A DNA stretch of 64,000 bases from Deltaproteobacteria bacterium (GTDB lineage Bacteria > Desulfobacterota > Desulfuromonadia > Desulfuromonadales > BM103), in the NCBI GenBank assembly GCA_005774545.1, contig VAUL01000005.1:11489-75488 (forward strand), given 5' to 3'. Positions 55,192 through 64,000 of the stretch are shown here, one piece after another. The notes under the pieces are model-generated. The model was given only the letters and a program-made list of their open reading frames with translations. It ran no database searches and was not told the origin of the DNA. A program made the position numbers and the translations under genes. Position 1 is the first letter of the stretch. The number at the start of each line of letters is the position of its first letter.

Positions 55192-58101
55192 TCAGACAAA
55201 CGAAATCCGGTCGCGGTTGCTGCGCGGCGCGATCGACTCTTCAAGATCCTCGTCGAGCCCGAGCGTCTGGCGCAACGACTTGAGCTTGTCGGTCACGTCA
55301 CGGAAGAACAGATCGAGATCGGCGACGATCTGGAACTTTTCCAGGGCTTCCGGCAAGCGGCCCGCCGCCTCGTAAAGTAACCCAAGCTCATATTGCAGGG
55401 CAACCCGAACTTCCTCCGTGATGCTCATCTGGTCGAGGGCGGCCTTGAAAGCTTCCTCGGCGCGGTCGAAGTCGTTGGTTTCGGCGTGGCACTGCCCTTT
55501 CATGATCAGGCAGTCGAGGCGCCGCGAAGGGTCGCGGGCCGCCTTGCCGAACTCGGCGATGGCATCGTCGAACAGCCCCATCTCCTTGTAGGCGATGCCG
55601 AGGTCGAAGTGCGACTGCGCATCTTCGCCCTCTTCGCCGGGCTCCGCGCGGGAAAAGTCGTCGGTCTCGACCGGCGGCTCCTCTTCGAGAAAATCGGCGG
55701 CTCCGAGCAGTTCGCCATCCTTGATGTCGGCCATCAGGCTGAAGGGCTGCTCCGCTGCGCCCGCCGCAGCGGCCGCCTGCCTCCCGGCTTCGACTTCAGC
55801 CAGACTGGCAGTCAGTTCGGGCAATTCACCGTGACGGTGGACAAGTTCGCGCACTACGCGTTCGGCGTCATCGAACAGCCCCTGGCGTAGATAAAATTCA
55901 GCATCCTCGAGTTCGTTGCGCAACTGCTGCGGGGAGAGTGCCGCGGCGGCAAAAGGCGCCGCTTCCTCCACCTCCGCGTCGGCCTCGAGTTCCTCAAGCT
56001 CTTCGAGATCTTCGAGTTCCTCGAGCTCTTCAAGGGGTTCGACCTCTTCTTCCTCGGCCGCGTCTACCTCGGCAATCTCGTCAAGCTCTTCGAGTTCATC
56101 GAGCAGCTCGGTCTCGTCGAAATCCTCGACCGGTGCGGCCTCCACCGCGGCGACGATCTCTTCGGCACCCCCGATTTCCTCGATCTCTTCGGCGACCTCC
56201 AGTTCCTCGATGCATTCATCAGACCAGTCACCGGCCACGCCAAGATCGCTGGCCGACGCTTCTGCGACCGGGGGAGGCACCTCTTGGTGAGCAAACGTCT
56301 CAACCGGCGGCTCGATCTCGAAGGACGGCAATGAAAAGTCGGCCGTTTCCGCAGCCGTGGATTCGGCCGGCACCGGGGTCGACCCTTCGAGACCGGGCAC
56401 CGACTCGACATCAACGGCAAATCCGGCCGGCAGGATTTCATCCGGTTCGGGCGCTTCTGCGGCGACATCCGTGAATGCGAAAGACGGTACCGCTTCTCCC
56501 TCGAGGTCCGGTACGAACTCCGCGGCGGGTTCCGGCGCCACCGACTCCGGTTCAATGTCGTCGGCGGCGGAAACCATCTCCAGCTCCAGGTCGCCCAGGC
56601 CGCCGAGATCCAGCTCCAGATCGCCCGCCGGGGCGGATTCGCCTGTCTCCGGCGCGACCGCCCCGACAATCCCGGCTTCATCGGTGGCTGCTTCGGCCGG
56701 CGGAGGCTCCAGCTCGAGCCCGTCGAGGCTGCCGAGGTCGAACTCGACTTCGAGAGCCGGTTCGGCAGAAGCGGTCCCGGCGGCAAGCCCGCCCTCCACT
56801 GCCCCGGGGACATCCTGGACAACGGGCTCCTCAGGGGTGGCGGGAGGCGGTTCGGCGGCCGGAACGTCGAGGTCGAGGTCGAGATCGAGCTCCAGCTCCA
56901 ACCCGCCGGCCGGCGGGGCCGCAGCCGGTGCCCCCAGCGGCGGAATGACAACCGGCGGGGCCTGGACATCGCCGACCAGGTCAAGCTGCTCGACATCACC
57001 GATGGCCGCATCGAGAACGGCGGCATCAGCCGTCTCTTCCACGGCCTCGGCCGCAACGGCCGACGAGAAAGCCGGTCGCCCCCCGTCCCCACCGGTCGTA
57101 TCGTAAATGGCGGCCAGGGTCGCCTCGAGGCGCGGATTACCGGGCAGGGACGGCTGCAGGAGTTCGTACAGTTCGCGAAGGGCATCGACGCGATTGCCCC
57201 GGGAGAACAGCTCCTTGGATTCTTCGAGATTCTCGAGCGCCCGCTCGTAGTCTCCCCCCTCGATGCAGATTCGGCTGTAGCGTTCGCGCAGTTGCAGATC
57301 CTGCGGCTGCTCCTTGAGGAGATGCTGGCAGGTGAGACGGGCATCGGCATGGTTGCCGAGGGTCAGGTGACAATCGGTCAGCGTCGTCAGCAATACCGGA
57401 TGATCGGGGGCCTGTTTAAGCAGGGTCTTCAGAAGCGTCAGGGCTTTTTCCGGCTGGCCGGCGGCGACCAGCGCCTCTGCCAGCGGGAGCCGGGTATCGA
57501 CATCCTCCGGACAAAGGTCGATGAATTTCTCGTAAAGCTTGACGATCTTCGCAGCTTCCCCGCGGGCGGCAAGAAACCTGACCAGCGCCTTCAACTGGTC
57601 GAGCGCCTCCGGATCCTCGCCGATCGCGACCAGGGTTTCGATCAGCTTGCTGCGAAAACCCAGGCTTTCCGGGTCGAGGGCGATCATCTTCTGCAGCACC
57701 CCGACCGTCTCCCGCCCCATGCGGTTCTTGTCGTAGAAGGCGATCAGGCTGCGATACTCGTTGAGGGCGTTGCCGATCAACCCCTGCTTTTCGTTGAGTT
57801 CCGCCAGGCGCAGATAGATGTCGACCCGCCCGGGCTCGATCTTCTGCATCTGCTTGTAGATGGCAATGGCCTTGAGATAGAAGCCGGTCTCCGCGAAGTT
57901 CTTGGCTACCGCTTCGTAGTGGGGCTGGGCCTCGTCGTTGCGCTTTTCACGACTGAGCAGTTCGGCAAGCTTCTGCCGGTTGCGGTAATCCTTCGGAAAA
58001 GCCTCGATCAGCTTCTGATATTCGCTGATCGCCTTGGCGAGCTGCCCCTTCGCCAAAAACTTTTGCGCGCTTTCGAGGAGTTTGTCTTTATTGGTTGCCA
58101 A
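55192..58101 (-). CDS. 969-aa TPR protein with ~450-aa hyper-acidic low-complexity core and FimV-like C-terminal TPR module
   Basis: N-terminal TPRs cover aa 1 to about 330. The core is rich in E, D, A, P and V, with runs such as LEELEELEDLEELEELE. The C-terminus reads HFDLGIAYKEMGLFDDAIAEFGKAA. TTG is the only start available, because a TAA lies two codons upstream. Confidence 0.75.
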   Translation of the reverse strand: MATNKDKLLESAQKFLAKGQLAKAISEYQKLIEAFPKDYRNRQKLAELLSREKRNDEAQPHYEAVAKNFAETGFYLKAIAIYKQMQKIEPGRVDIYLRLAELNEKQGLIGNALNEYRSLIAFYDKNRMGRETVGVLQKMIALDPESLGFRSKLIETLVAIGEDPEALDQLKALVRFLAARGEAAKIVKLYEKFIDLCPEDVDTRLPLAEALVAAGQPEKALTLLKTLLKQAPDHPVLLTTLTDCHLTLGNHADARLTCQHLLKEQPQDLQLRERYSRICIEGGDYERALENLEESKELFSRGNRVDALRELYELLQPSLPGNPRLEATLAAIYDTTGGDGGRPAFSSAVAAEAVEETADAAVLDAAIGDVEQLDLVGDVQAPPVVIPPLGAPAAAPPAGGLELELDLDLDLDVPAAEPPPATPEEPVVQDVPGAVEGGLAAGTASAEPALEVEFDLGSLDGLELEPPPAEAATDEAGIVGAVAPETGESAPAGDLELDLGGLGDLELEMVSAADDIEPESVAPEPAAEFVPDLEGEAVPSFAFTDVAAEAPEPDEILPAGFAVDVESVPGLEGSTPVPAESTAAETADFSLPSFEIEPPVETFAHQEVPPPVAEASASDLGVAGDWSDECIEELEVAEEIEEIGGAEEIVAAVEAAPVEDFDETELLDELEELDEIAEVDAAEEEEVEPLEELEELEDLEELEELEADAEVEEAAPFAAAALSPQQLRNELEDAEFYLRQGLFDDAERVVRELVHRHGELPELTASLAEVEAGRQAAAAAGAAEQPFSLMADIKDGELLGAADFLEEEPPVETDDFSRAEPGEEGEDAQSHFDLGIAYKEMGLFDDAIAEFGKAARDPSRRLDCLIMKGQCHAETNDFDRAEEAFKAALDQMSITEEVRVALQYELGLLYEAAGRLPEALEKFQIVADLDLFFRDVTDKLKSLRQTLGLDEDLEESIAPRSNRDRISFV

Positions 58102-58156
58102 GTGAGGTTACCCGACCCGGAAAGAGGACTGATGAATGCATCTTTACAGAGTAGAT

Positions 58157-58192
58157 GAAAAAGCGCGAACCTGTCAAGCCGAAGGCGTTCGC
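58157..58192 (-). terminator. terminator hairpin after rluB
   Basis: The minus strand reads GCGAAC-16 nt-GTTCGC followed by GCTTTTTC. Confidence 0.45.
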
Positions 58193-58271
58193 AGGGGAAG
58201 GAACTTTCTTTTGAATTTCAGCGGAATAGCCAAACCGGATGCGGCCGGCAGATGAGCCGGCGCCACGCCGT

Positions 58272-59003
58272 TCAAAGCTGCTTGAGACGTGCGACTTCGG
58301 CGGCCGTCAGATGCCGGTATTGCCCCGGCGCCAGACCGTCCAGTGTCAGAAACGCATAGCGGATGCGCATGAGGCGGCTGACCGGCAGGCCGAGCGCTTC
58401 GCACATGCGGCGGACCTGTCGGTTGCGCCCCTCGTGAATCGTCAGTTCGAACCAGGCGTGTCCCCCGCTGCCGCGCACCCGCGAGACTCTGGCAGGAGCC
58501 GTCGGGCCGTCGGCGAGATCGACGCCCTGCTCGAGACGACGGACGGCCTCGGGGGTGAGTGCTCCCCGCACTCTCACCAGGTAGGTTTTTTCCACTTCAT
58601 GCGAGGGGTGGGCGAGACGATTGGCCAGGGCGCCGTCGTTGGTCAGGAGCAGCAGGCCGGAGGTGGTCAGATCGAGGCGTCCGACCGGATAGACCCGGAC
58701 CGGCAGATCGCGCAGCAGGTCGGTCACCACCGGTCGGCCGGCCGGGTCGCTCAGGGTCGTGACCATGCCGACCGGCTTGTGCATCAGCAGATAGCAAAAC
58801 GCCTCATGGCGGCCGAGCGGCCGGCCGTCGACCAGGACCGTGTCGTGCCGCGGATCGGCCTGGTCGCCCAAGGCGGCCACCGCTCCGTTGACCGTAACGC
58901 GACCGGCCGAGATCAGCGCTTCAGCCTGCCGGCGCGAACAGAGCCCGGCCGCCGCCATCAATTTCTGCAGCCGCTGCGGGCCGGATGACAGCCGCTCAGT
59001 CAC
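58272..59003 (-). CDS. rluB: RsuA/RluB family pseudouridine synthase
   Basis: S4 domain RLQKLMAAAGLCSRRQAE.LI..GRV.VNG, then YLL.HKP.G.V.T..D...R..V.DL......YPVGRLD..TSGLLLLTNDG. GTG start 59001-59003 overlaps the scpB stop. Confidence 0.85.
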   Translation of the reverse strand: MTERLSSGPQRLQKLMAAAGLCSRRQAEALISAGRVTVNGAVAALGDQADPRHDTVLVDGRPLGRHEAFCYLLMHKPVGMVTTLSDPAGRPVVTDLLRDLPVRVYPVGRLDLTTSGLLLLTNDGALANRLAHPSHEVEKTYLVRVRGALTPEAVRRLEQGVDLADGPTAPARVSRVRGSGGHAWFELTIHEGRNRQVRRMCEALGLPVSRLMRIRYAFLTLDGLAPGQYRHLTAAEVARLKQL

Positions 59004-59568
59004 CGACGGAAACCTCGGGGAGCACGGCGGCCGACTCATCGAGATCGTCGCCCTCCGCCAGTTCGCTGAACTCCTTGAGCGTCGGCAGCGCCGCCAGGTC
59101 GGCCAGGCCGAACAGCTCGAGGAACTCGCGCGTGGTCCCATAGATCGCCGGCTTTCCCGGCACATCCTTCTTGCCGAGAATCCGCACCAGGTGCTTGTCG
59201 AGAAGGGTCTTCAGCACGCTCCCCGAATCGACGCCGCGCAGGTACTCGATCTCGGCACGGGTGATCGGCTGGCGATAGGCGACGATCGCCAGCGTTTCGA
59301 GGGCCGGGCGGGAGAAGCGGAAAGGCCGGGTGCGCCCCAGCCGGCGCAGGTAATCGGCAAACTCGGGGCGCGTGCGCAACTGGTAACCGCCGGCCACCTC
59401 CTGCAGGAAGATGCCGCGGGGCTGCGCCGCGTAATCCGCCTCCAGAGCCCGCAACGCCTCGATCACGACACTGCGTTCCACCTCGAGCACTTCGGCCAGC
59501 CGTTCGCAGCGCAGCGGGCCGTCGGCACCGAACAACAGGGCTTCCACCACCGGCTTGAGATCAGACAT
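58996..59568 (-). CDS. scpB: segregation and condensation protein B
   Basis: VEALLF....PL....L..........I...L..L...Y.....G..L.EVAGGYQL.T.........SRPALETLAIVAYRQPITRAEIE..RGV. Confidence 0.9.
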   Translation of the reverse strand: MSDLKPVVEALLFGADGPLRCERLAEVLEVERSVVIEALRALEADYAAQPRGIFLQEVAGGYQLRTRPEFADYLRRLGRTRPFRFSRPALETLAIVAYRQPITRAEIEYLRGVDSGSVLKTLLDKHLVRILGKKDVPGKPAIYGTTREFLELFGLADLAALPTLKEFSELAEGDDLDESAAVLPEVSVGD

Positions 59569-60334
59569 AACCGCTTGCCTCCTCGTCGAAACCGGTATCG
59601 ACCCCCGCCGCGTCGGCAACCGCCGGGGTCAGCCAGATGGCGCCGAAGCGCTGGCTCTGCAGCAGGCGCACCAGCTTCAGCCGGACCAGTTCGAGCATGG
59701 CCAGGAAGGTCACCACGACTTCATGCCGGCTTACCTGCGCGGTGAACAGCTCGGTGAACGCCAGGCTCTGCTGTCCGTGCAGCGCCGCCAGGATCTGGTT
59801 GATCCGGTCGGACACCGACAACTGCTCGGCGCTGACCTCGTGCACCAGCGGCGCCGGGCGCTCCTTGAGCAGCTGCTGCAAGGCCTGCAGCAGATCGTAG
59901 AGACCGACGGCGGCGAACTCCCCCTCCCCTTCCTCGACGACTTCCGGGGCCGGCGCACTGCGCGCATAAAGATCGCGGTTCAGCTGCGGCAGGTCATCGA
60001 GCCGCACGGCCGCATCCCGGTATTTCTGGTACTCAAGGAGGCGCCGGACCAGTTCGGCGCGCGGGTCGTCCTCCTCCTCTTCCTCGCCGCCGTCTTCGAC
60101 GATCTGCGGCAGGAGCATGCGCGACTTGATGTGCAGCAGCGTGGCCGCCATCAGAAGGAATTCCCCGGCCACGTCGAGGTTGAGCGTCTGCATGGCGTCG
60201 ATGACCGCCAGGTACTGGGCGGTGATCTCGGCGATGGGGATGTCGGTGATCTCCACCTCGTTTTTCCTGATGAGATGGAGCAGCAGGTCGAGAGGCCCGG
60301 TGAAGTTGTCGAGGTGAACGGAAATCGTATCCAC
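59561..60334 (-). CDS. scpA: segregation and condensation protein A
   Basis: V.L..F.GPLDLLLHLI.KNE..I.DIPIA.IT.QYL; 257 aa. Confidence 0.9.
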   Translation of the reverse strand: MDTISVHLDNFTGPLDLLLHLIRKNEVEITDIPIAEITAQYLAVIDAMQTLNLDVAGEFLLMAATLLHIKSRMLLPQIVEDGGEEEEEDDPRAELVRRLLEYQKYRDAAVRLDDLPQLNRDLYARSAPAPEVVEEGEGEFAAVGLYDLLQALQQLLKERPAPLVHEVSAEQLSVSDRINQILAALHGQQSLAFTELFTAQVSRHEVVVTFLAMLELVRLKLVRLLQSQRFGAIWLTPAVADAAGVDTGFDEEASGYV

Positions 60335-60346
60335 GCAGCGCTCCGC

Positions 60347-61033
60347 CTAATGCCCGAACAGCAGCTGCACCGTCCGCAGCACCACGTCGAAGTGTTCCCC
60401 GGCCAGCAAGGCGACGATGCGGAAGACCAGCGGCGAGAAGAAGCTCTGCCAGAGCGACGTGCCGAAAACCAGGAAAACCAGCAGCAGCAAACCGAACGGT
60501 TCGATGCGCCGCAGCTTGTCGGCCAGCCGCAGCGGCAGCAGGTTCAGCAGGACCCGCCCGCCGTCCAGCGGCGGGATCGGCAGCAGATTGAAGAGGGTCA
60601 GGATGACGTTGATGTACAGCCCGAAAGCCGCCATGAGGCTGATCGGTTCGCTGAACGCCAGGGTCTGGCCGCCATCGGCGGCAGGGGGCGCACCCAGCGC
60701 CACTCCCCAGCGCAGGCAGAGAGCGCAGAATATGGCAAGCATCAGATTCGCCCCCGGACCGGCCAGAGCAACGAGAATCATATCCTGGCGGGTGCGCCGC
60801 AGGTTGCCGGGATTGACCGGCACGGCGCGCGCCCAGCCGAAGCCGAGCAGCAGCAGAGCCAGAGTACCGATCGGGTCGAGATGCCGCAACGGATTGATGG
60901 TCAGCCGCCCCAGGAGACGGGCCGTCGGGTCGCCGCACCGGTCGGCAACGTAACCGTGGGCCACCTCGTGAAAGGTAACCGCCAGCAGAGCCGGCACCAG
61001 CATGATGGAGAGCTTAAGGAGAAAATCGTGCAT
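60347..61033 (-). CDS. site-2 protease family (M50) zinc metalloprotease
   Basis: HExxH as FHEVAHGY, polytopic, and INP..H.DP.GT and NL.P..PLDGG motifs. Confidence 0.88.
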   Translation of the reverse strand: MHDFLLKLSIMLVPALLAVTFHEVAHGYVADRCGDPTARLLGRLTINPLRHLDPIGTLALLLLGFGWARAVPVNPGNLRRTRQDMILVALAGPGANLMLAIFCALCLRWGVALGAPPAADGGQTLAFSEPISLMAAFGLYINVILTLFNLLPIPPLDGGRVLLNLLPLRLADKLRRIEPFGLLLLVFLVFGTSLWQSFFSPLVFRIVALLAGEHFDVVLRTVQLLFGH

Positions 61034-61133
61034 TGAATAGGAACCGGACGTCGCGACCGGTGGAGCCCTTGTAGCAGAACGACGTCGTCAAGTCAATCTG
61101 ATAGCAGGGATAAACCATGTATTTTCAAGAACT

Positions 61134-63803
61134 TTATTCTCCGGCCGGCGCCCCGCCGCGGTCACCCTGCAGATACCTGCGCATGACCAGGCGGCGTTCG
61201 TCGTCGGCGGTCGTCACTTCACCGCTGAGCCGCGCCTGCAGCAGATCCTGCAGGATCGCCCGGTAACCCGGCCCGGGAGGCACCCCCAGCCGGCGCAGGT
61301 CGTTGCCGTTGAGCAGCGGCCGCACGTCGCGCAACTGGCTGACATAGTGGGAGAGCCACTGCCTGACCCGTTCCTGGGCGGTGACGGCCATCATGAACAG
61401 GAGTATCTCCGTGTCCAGGGGCGACAGCCAGCGATGGAGGTCGACCGCCCGGGGCGGGCGGGCCCTCCCCGGGCGACCCTCCAGGCGCCGCAGGAGGCGC
61501 ACCCCGGCACTGCGCTGCTCGACGAGAACCACGGTATCCCGCTGCGGCAGATCGAGACGGCGGCAGAAGCCACGCATCCCTTCGCCCGTAAGGAGCGCGG
61601 TCAGGACCAGCAGGTAGCACAAAGACCGGCGGCACGGCCGCCCCGTGTAAAGCAGGTCGTACCAGTCCATGACCCGGCGCGCTTCGCCGAAGGCCGCGTG
61701 CAGCTCGGGCCGGAGGGCCAGAGCGGGGTGCAGTTCCTTGAGCAGATCGAAGGACGCCAGCCGGTCAAGGGCGGGGAGCGGTTCGCGCTCGGCGAGAATC
61801 AGCAGCAGTTCGTTGGCCAGGCGCTTGCCGCTGACCCTCGACATCACGCCGAGCCGCACGGCGCTGCGCAGGAGTTGTCCGGTCTGCATGCCGATATGAA
61901 AACCGAGCCGCTGCTCGAAGCGCACCGCCCGGAACATGCGGGTCGGATCCTCGATGAAGCTGAGGTTGTGCAGCACCCGGACCGCGCGCTCCTCGAGATC
62001 GCGCACGCCGCCGTAATGGTCGACAAGCTCGCCGAACTGCCCGGGGTTCAGGGCGATGGCCAGGGTGTTGATGGTGAAGTCGCGCCGGTAGAGATCGAGT
62101 TTCAGCGAGGCATGCTCGACGGCGGGGAGCGCCCCCGGGTGCAGGTAGTACTCGAGGCGGGCCGAGGCGATGTCGAGCTTGAAGCCGTCGGGAAACACCA
62201 CCACCGCCGTGCCGAACTTCTGGTGACAGCGCACCCGGCAGCCGTGTTCGGCGGCAAAGGCCTCGGCGAAGGCGATGCCGTCCCCTTCGATGACCACGTC
62301 CACATCGAAATTCGGCTTGTTGATCAGCAGGTCGCGGACGAAGCCGCCGACGACGAAAGCCGTCACGCCGAGCCGGTCGGCAACCTGTCCCAGGTTGGCG
62401 AGCAGCACCTGGATGGGCTGCGGGAGCCGGCCGCGCAGGAGGCGCTGCACCTGGGCACGGCGCAGCAGCTTCCCCGGCGGCTTGCCCACGCCGACGCTGC
62501 GTGGCGCGCCGCCGCGGCTCGATGCCAGGTGCCGCAGCAGGTCGGTGCGCGTCACCGCCCCGACCAGCCGGCCGGCGCTCAGGACCGGCACGAAGCGCTG
62601 GCTGCCGGCAACGATCAGCTCCTTGAGCTCCTCGATCGGCGTCTCCGGGGACACGCTGCGGAATTCGCCGGTCATCAGCTCGCTGACCGGCTGGTCGGCC
62701 AGCCCGTGGTAGATCGCCTTGTCGGCGACCTGCCGCGTGAAGAGGCCGCAGACCCGCCCGCCGTCGACCACCGGCACGGCATTGATGTTGAAGCGGCTGA
62801 ACAGTTGGTGCGCCAGCTTCACCGGATCGCCGGGAGCGACGCTCTTGACCGGCGCCGACATCAGGTGCCGGACCTGCCATTGCGGATGAACGTGACGCTG
62901 CAGCACGCCGGGAAGGCGTTCGAGGACCTGCAGAAGAGTCAGATCCCGCACGCTGGCTGCCGCCGCGGCGGCGTGACCGCCGCCGCCGAATTCGGCCAGG
63001 ATTTCCCCGGCCGCGACTTCCGGACAGCGCGACCTGGCCACCAGGAAAACCCGGCTTTCCATGCGCACCGCGACGATCAGGGCATCCAGGTTCTCGATGT
63101 CGCGCAGCTTGTGGGCGAGCGCGGCGATGTCGCCGACGAAATAGTCGACGGAGGCGTGGGCGATGCTGATGTCGATGCCGTGGACGTTGATGACGCTGCG
63201 GTTGGCGAGCAGGTCGTTGAGCAGGCGGATCTGGTCGGGGGTCAACTCCTGGGCCAGCATCGAGGCGACAGTGTTGAGGCTGGCGCCATGCTCGAGGAGA
63301 AAGGCCGCCGCCCGGTAGTCGGCCACCGTGGTGGTGGCAAAGGTCAGGCTGCCGGTATCTTCGTAGAGGCCGAGCATCATCATGGTGGCCTCTTCGCCGC
63401 TCGGAACCAGACCGCGCTCCATGAACAGGTGCGTCAGGACGGTTACGGTCGAACCGACGGCGCGGACATGTTCGACTTCGCCGCGCAGATCGGCATCGCT
63501 GTCGGGGTGGTGGTCGTAAATGTGCAGGGAGAGCCCGGGGCGCCGCGCCAGCTTGTCGAGGGGCCCGATGCGGGTCGACTGGCGCACGTCGACGAGAATC
63601 AACCGGTCGACGCGCTCGAGATCGACATCGCGCAACTTCTTGAAATCGAAGAGATATTGAGCGCTTTTCAGGAAGAATTCGCGCAGCGTCCGTTCCTGGC
63701 CGCCGGGAAAGACCATCGCCGCGCCGGGGTAGAGCCGTTGCGCGGCGATCATCGAGCCGAGACAGTCGAAGTCGGCGTTGATGTGGGTGGCGATGAGATC
63801 CAT
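61134..63803 (-). CDS. DHH/DHHA1 - CBS pair - CCA-adding tRNA nucleotidyltransferase (poly(A) polymerase family) fusion protein
   Basis: The N-terminus has H.N.DFD..GS...DHH. DHHA1 reads FGGGGHAAAA. Two CBS units follow (M..PV..V......NA.PV.D). The PolyA_pol head is VGG.VRDLL.......D.D..IEG, then RRDFTIN. Confidence 0.85.
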   Translation of the reverse strand: MDLIATHINADFDCLGSMIAAQRLYPGAAMVFPGGQERTLREFFLKSAQYLFDFKKLRDVDLERVDRLILVDVRQSTRIGPLDKLARRPGLSLHIYDHHPDSDADLRGEVEHVRAVGSTVTVLTHLFMERGLVPSGEEATMMMLGLYEDTGSLTFATTTVADYRAAAFLLEHGASLNTVASMLAQELTPDQIRLLNDLLANRSVINVHGIDISIAHASVDYFVGDIAALAHKLRDIENLDALIVAVRMESRVFLVARSRCPEVAAGEILAEFGGGGHAAAAAASVRDLTLLQVLERLPGVLQRHVHPQWQVRHLMSAPVKSVAPGDPVKLAHQLFSRFNINAVPVVDGGRVCGLFTRQVADKAIYHGLADQPVSELMTGEFRSVSPETPIEELKELIVAGSQRFVPVLSAGRLVGAVTRTDLLRHLASSRGGAPRSVGVGKPPGKLLRRAQVQRLLRGRLPQPIQVLLANLGQVADRLGVTAFVVGGFVRDLLINKPNFDVDVVIEGDGIAFAEAFAAEHGCRVRCHQKFGTAVVVFPDGFKLDIASARLEYYLHPGALPAVEHASLKLDLYRRDFTINTLAIALNPGQFGELVDHYGGVRDLEERAVRVLHNLSFIEDPTRMFRAVRFEQRLGFHIGMQTGQLLRSAVRLGVMSRVSGKRLANELLLILAEREPLPALDRLASFDLLKELHPALALRPELHAAFGEARRVMDWYDLLYTGRPCRRSLCYLLVLTALLTGEGMRGFCRRLDLPQRDTVVLVEQRSAGVRLLRRLEGRPGRARPPRAVDLHRWLSPLDTEILLFMMAVTAQERVRQWLSHYVSQLRDVRPLLNGNDLRRLGVPPGPGYRAILQDLLQARLSGEVTTADDERRLVMRRYLQGDRGGAPAGE

Positions 63804-63888
63804 AGCACCGTGGCGGCTGACGTCATCCGTTCAGCTGCGGTCTTGCCCCGTGCCCCGCTGCTGCTATCCGAGAAACATTATACAGTCA

Positions 63889-64000
63889 TTATACCTGCAG
63901 ACTCCCGATGAGCTGATTGATGTCGTCCAGCCCCTCCTCCGCCAGGAAGGCCTCGATGCCGTCGATGATGGCCAGCATCGCCGCCGGGTCGATGAAGTTG
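63889..64000 (-). CDS. pyrD: dihydroorotate dehydrogenase-like C-terminus (partial; N-terminus beyond window end)
   Basis: Hand translation gives NFIDPAAMLAIIDGIEAFLAEEGLDDINQLIGSLQV*. This resembles the C-terminal helix of class-1 DHODH catalytic subunits. Confidence 0.5.
   Translation of the reverse strand, partial: NFIDPAAMLAIIDGIEAFLAEEGLDDINQLIGSLQV

Noticed and set aside
55900-57100. Periodic GAG/GAA/CTC-rich DNA as a tandem repeat, CRISPR-like or mobile element
   Set aside because: It is the coding sequence of the acidic low-complexity core of the TPR protein. The periodicity is codon-level (Glu/Leu/Asp), with no spacer-repeat structure.

Overview
High-GC (about two-thirds G+C by eye) chromosomal segment. 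Gene content and order look like a Desulfuromonadales/Geobacter-type deltaproteobacterium; this is an inference from the PxxKW protein, the GEMM-I element, hcp and the rib/fab organisation. About 60 genes, almost all on the minus strand and tightly packed. Most are core housekeeping: aconitase (runs off the left edge), hom, nusB-ribH-ribBA-ribE-ribD-nrdR, dCMP deaminase, glyA, rpiB, the fabF-acpP-fabG-fabD-fabH-plsX-rpmF-yceD cluster, mazG, fxsA, hcp, a phosphohexomutase, mutL-miaA-hfq, lrgAB, scpAB-rluB, an M50 protease, a DHH-CBS-CCA-adding enzyme and the tail of pyrD. By eye I found no rRNA, tRNA, CRISPR array, transposase or integrase. The one accessory-looking locus is a 7.3-kb gene (40251-47513, minus) for a 2420-aa secreted mosaic adhesin-like protein. 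Its roughly 190-nt leader carries what I read as a GEMM-I (c-di-GMP-I class) riboswitch aptamer followed by an intrinsic terminator. The gene also contains two 96%-identical, in-frame 136-nt direct repeats that bracket a pair of DUF1566 domains. Secondary points of interest: (1) a 13-kb co-directional gene string (EVE, AsmA, radical-SAM/DUF4130 DNA-repair pair, hydrolase, TlyA, tetrapyrrole-methylase-family MTase, U32, membrane SMC-like ATPase, HIT, SpoT-like, deacetylase), within which TlyA, the MTase and U32 form a possible hydroxylation/methylation module; (2) an ExeA-like ATPase paired with a 969-aa TPR protein that has a hyper-acidic core; (3) an AT-rich intergenic island with a perfect 12-1-12 palindrome made of two DnaA-box-like 9-mers. 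All family assignments come from motif recognition by eye, with no database search. Many ORF-track starts were trimmed to internal starts with Shine-Dalgarno support.
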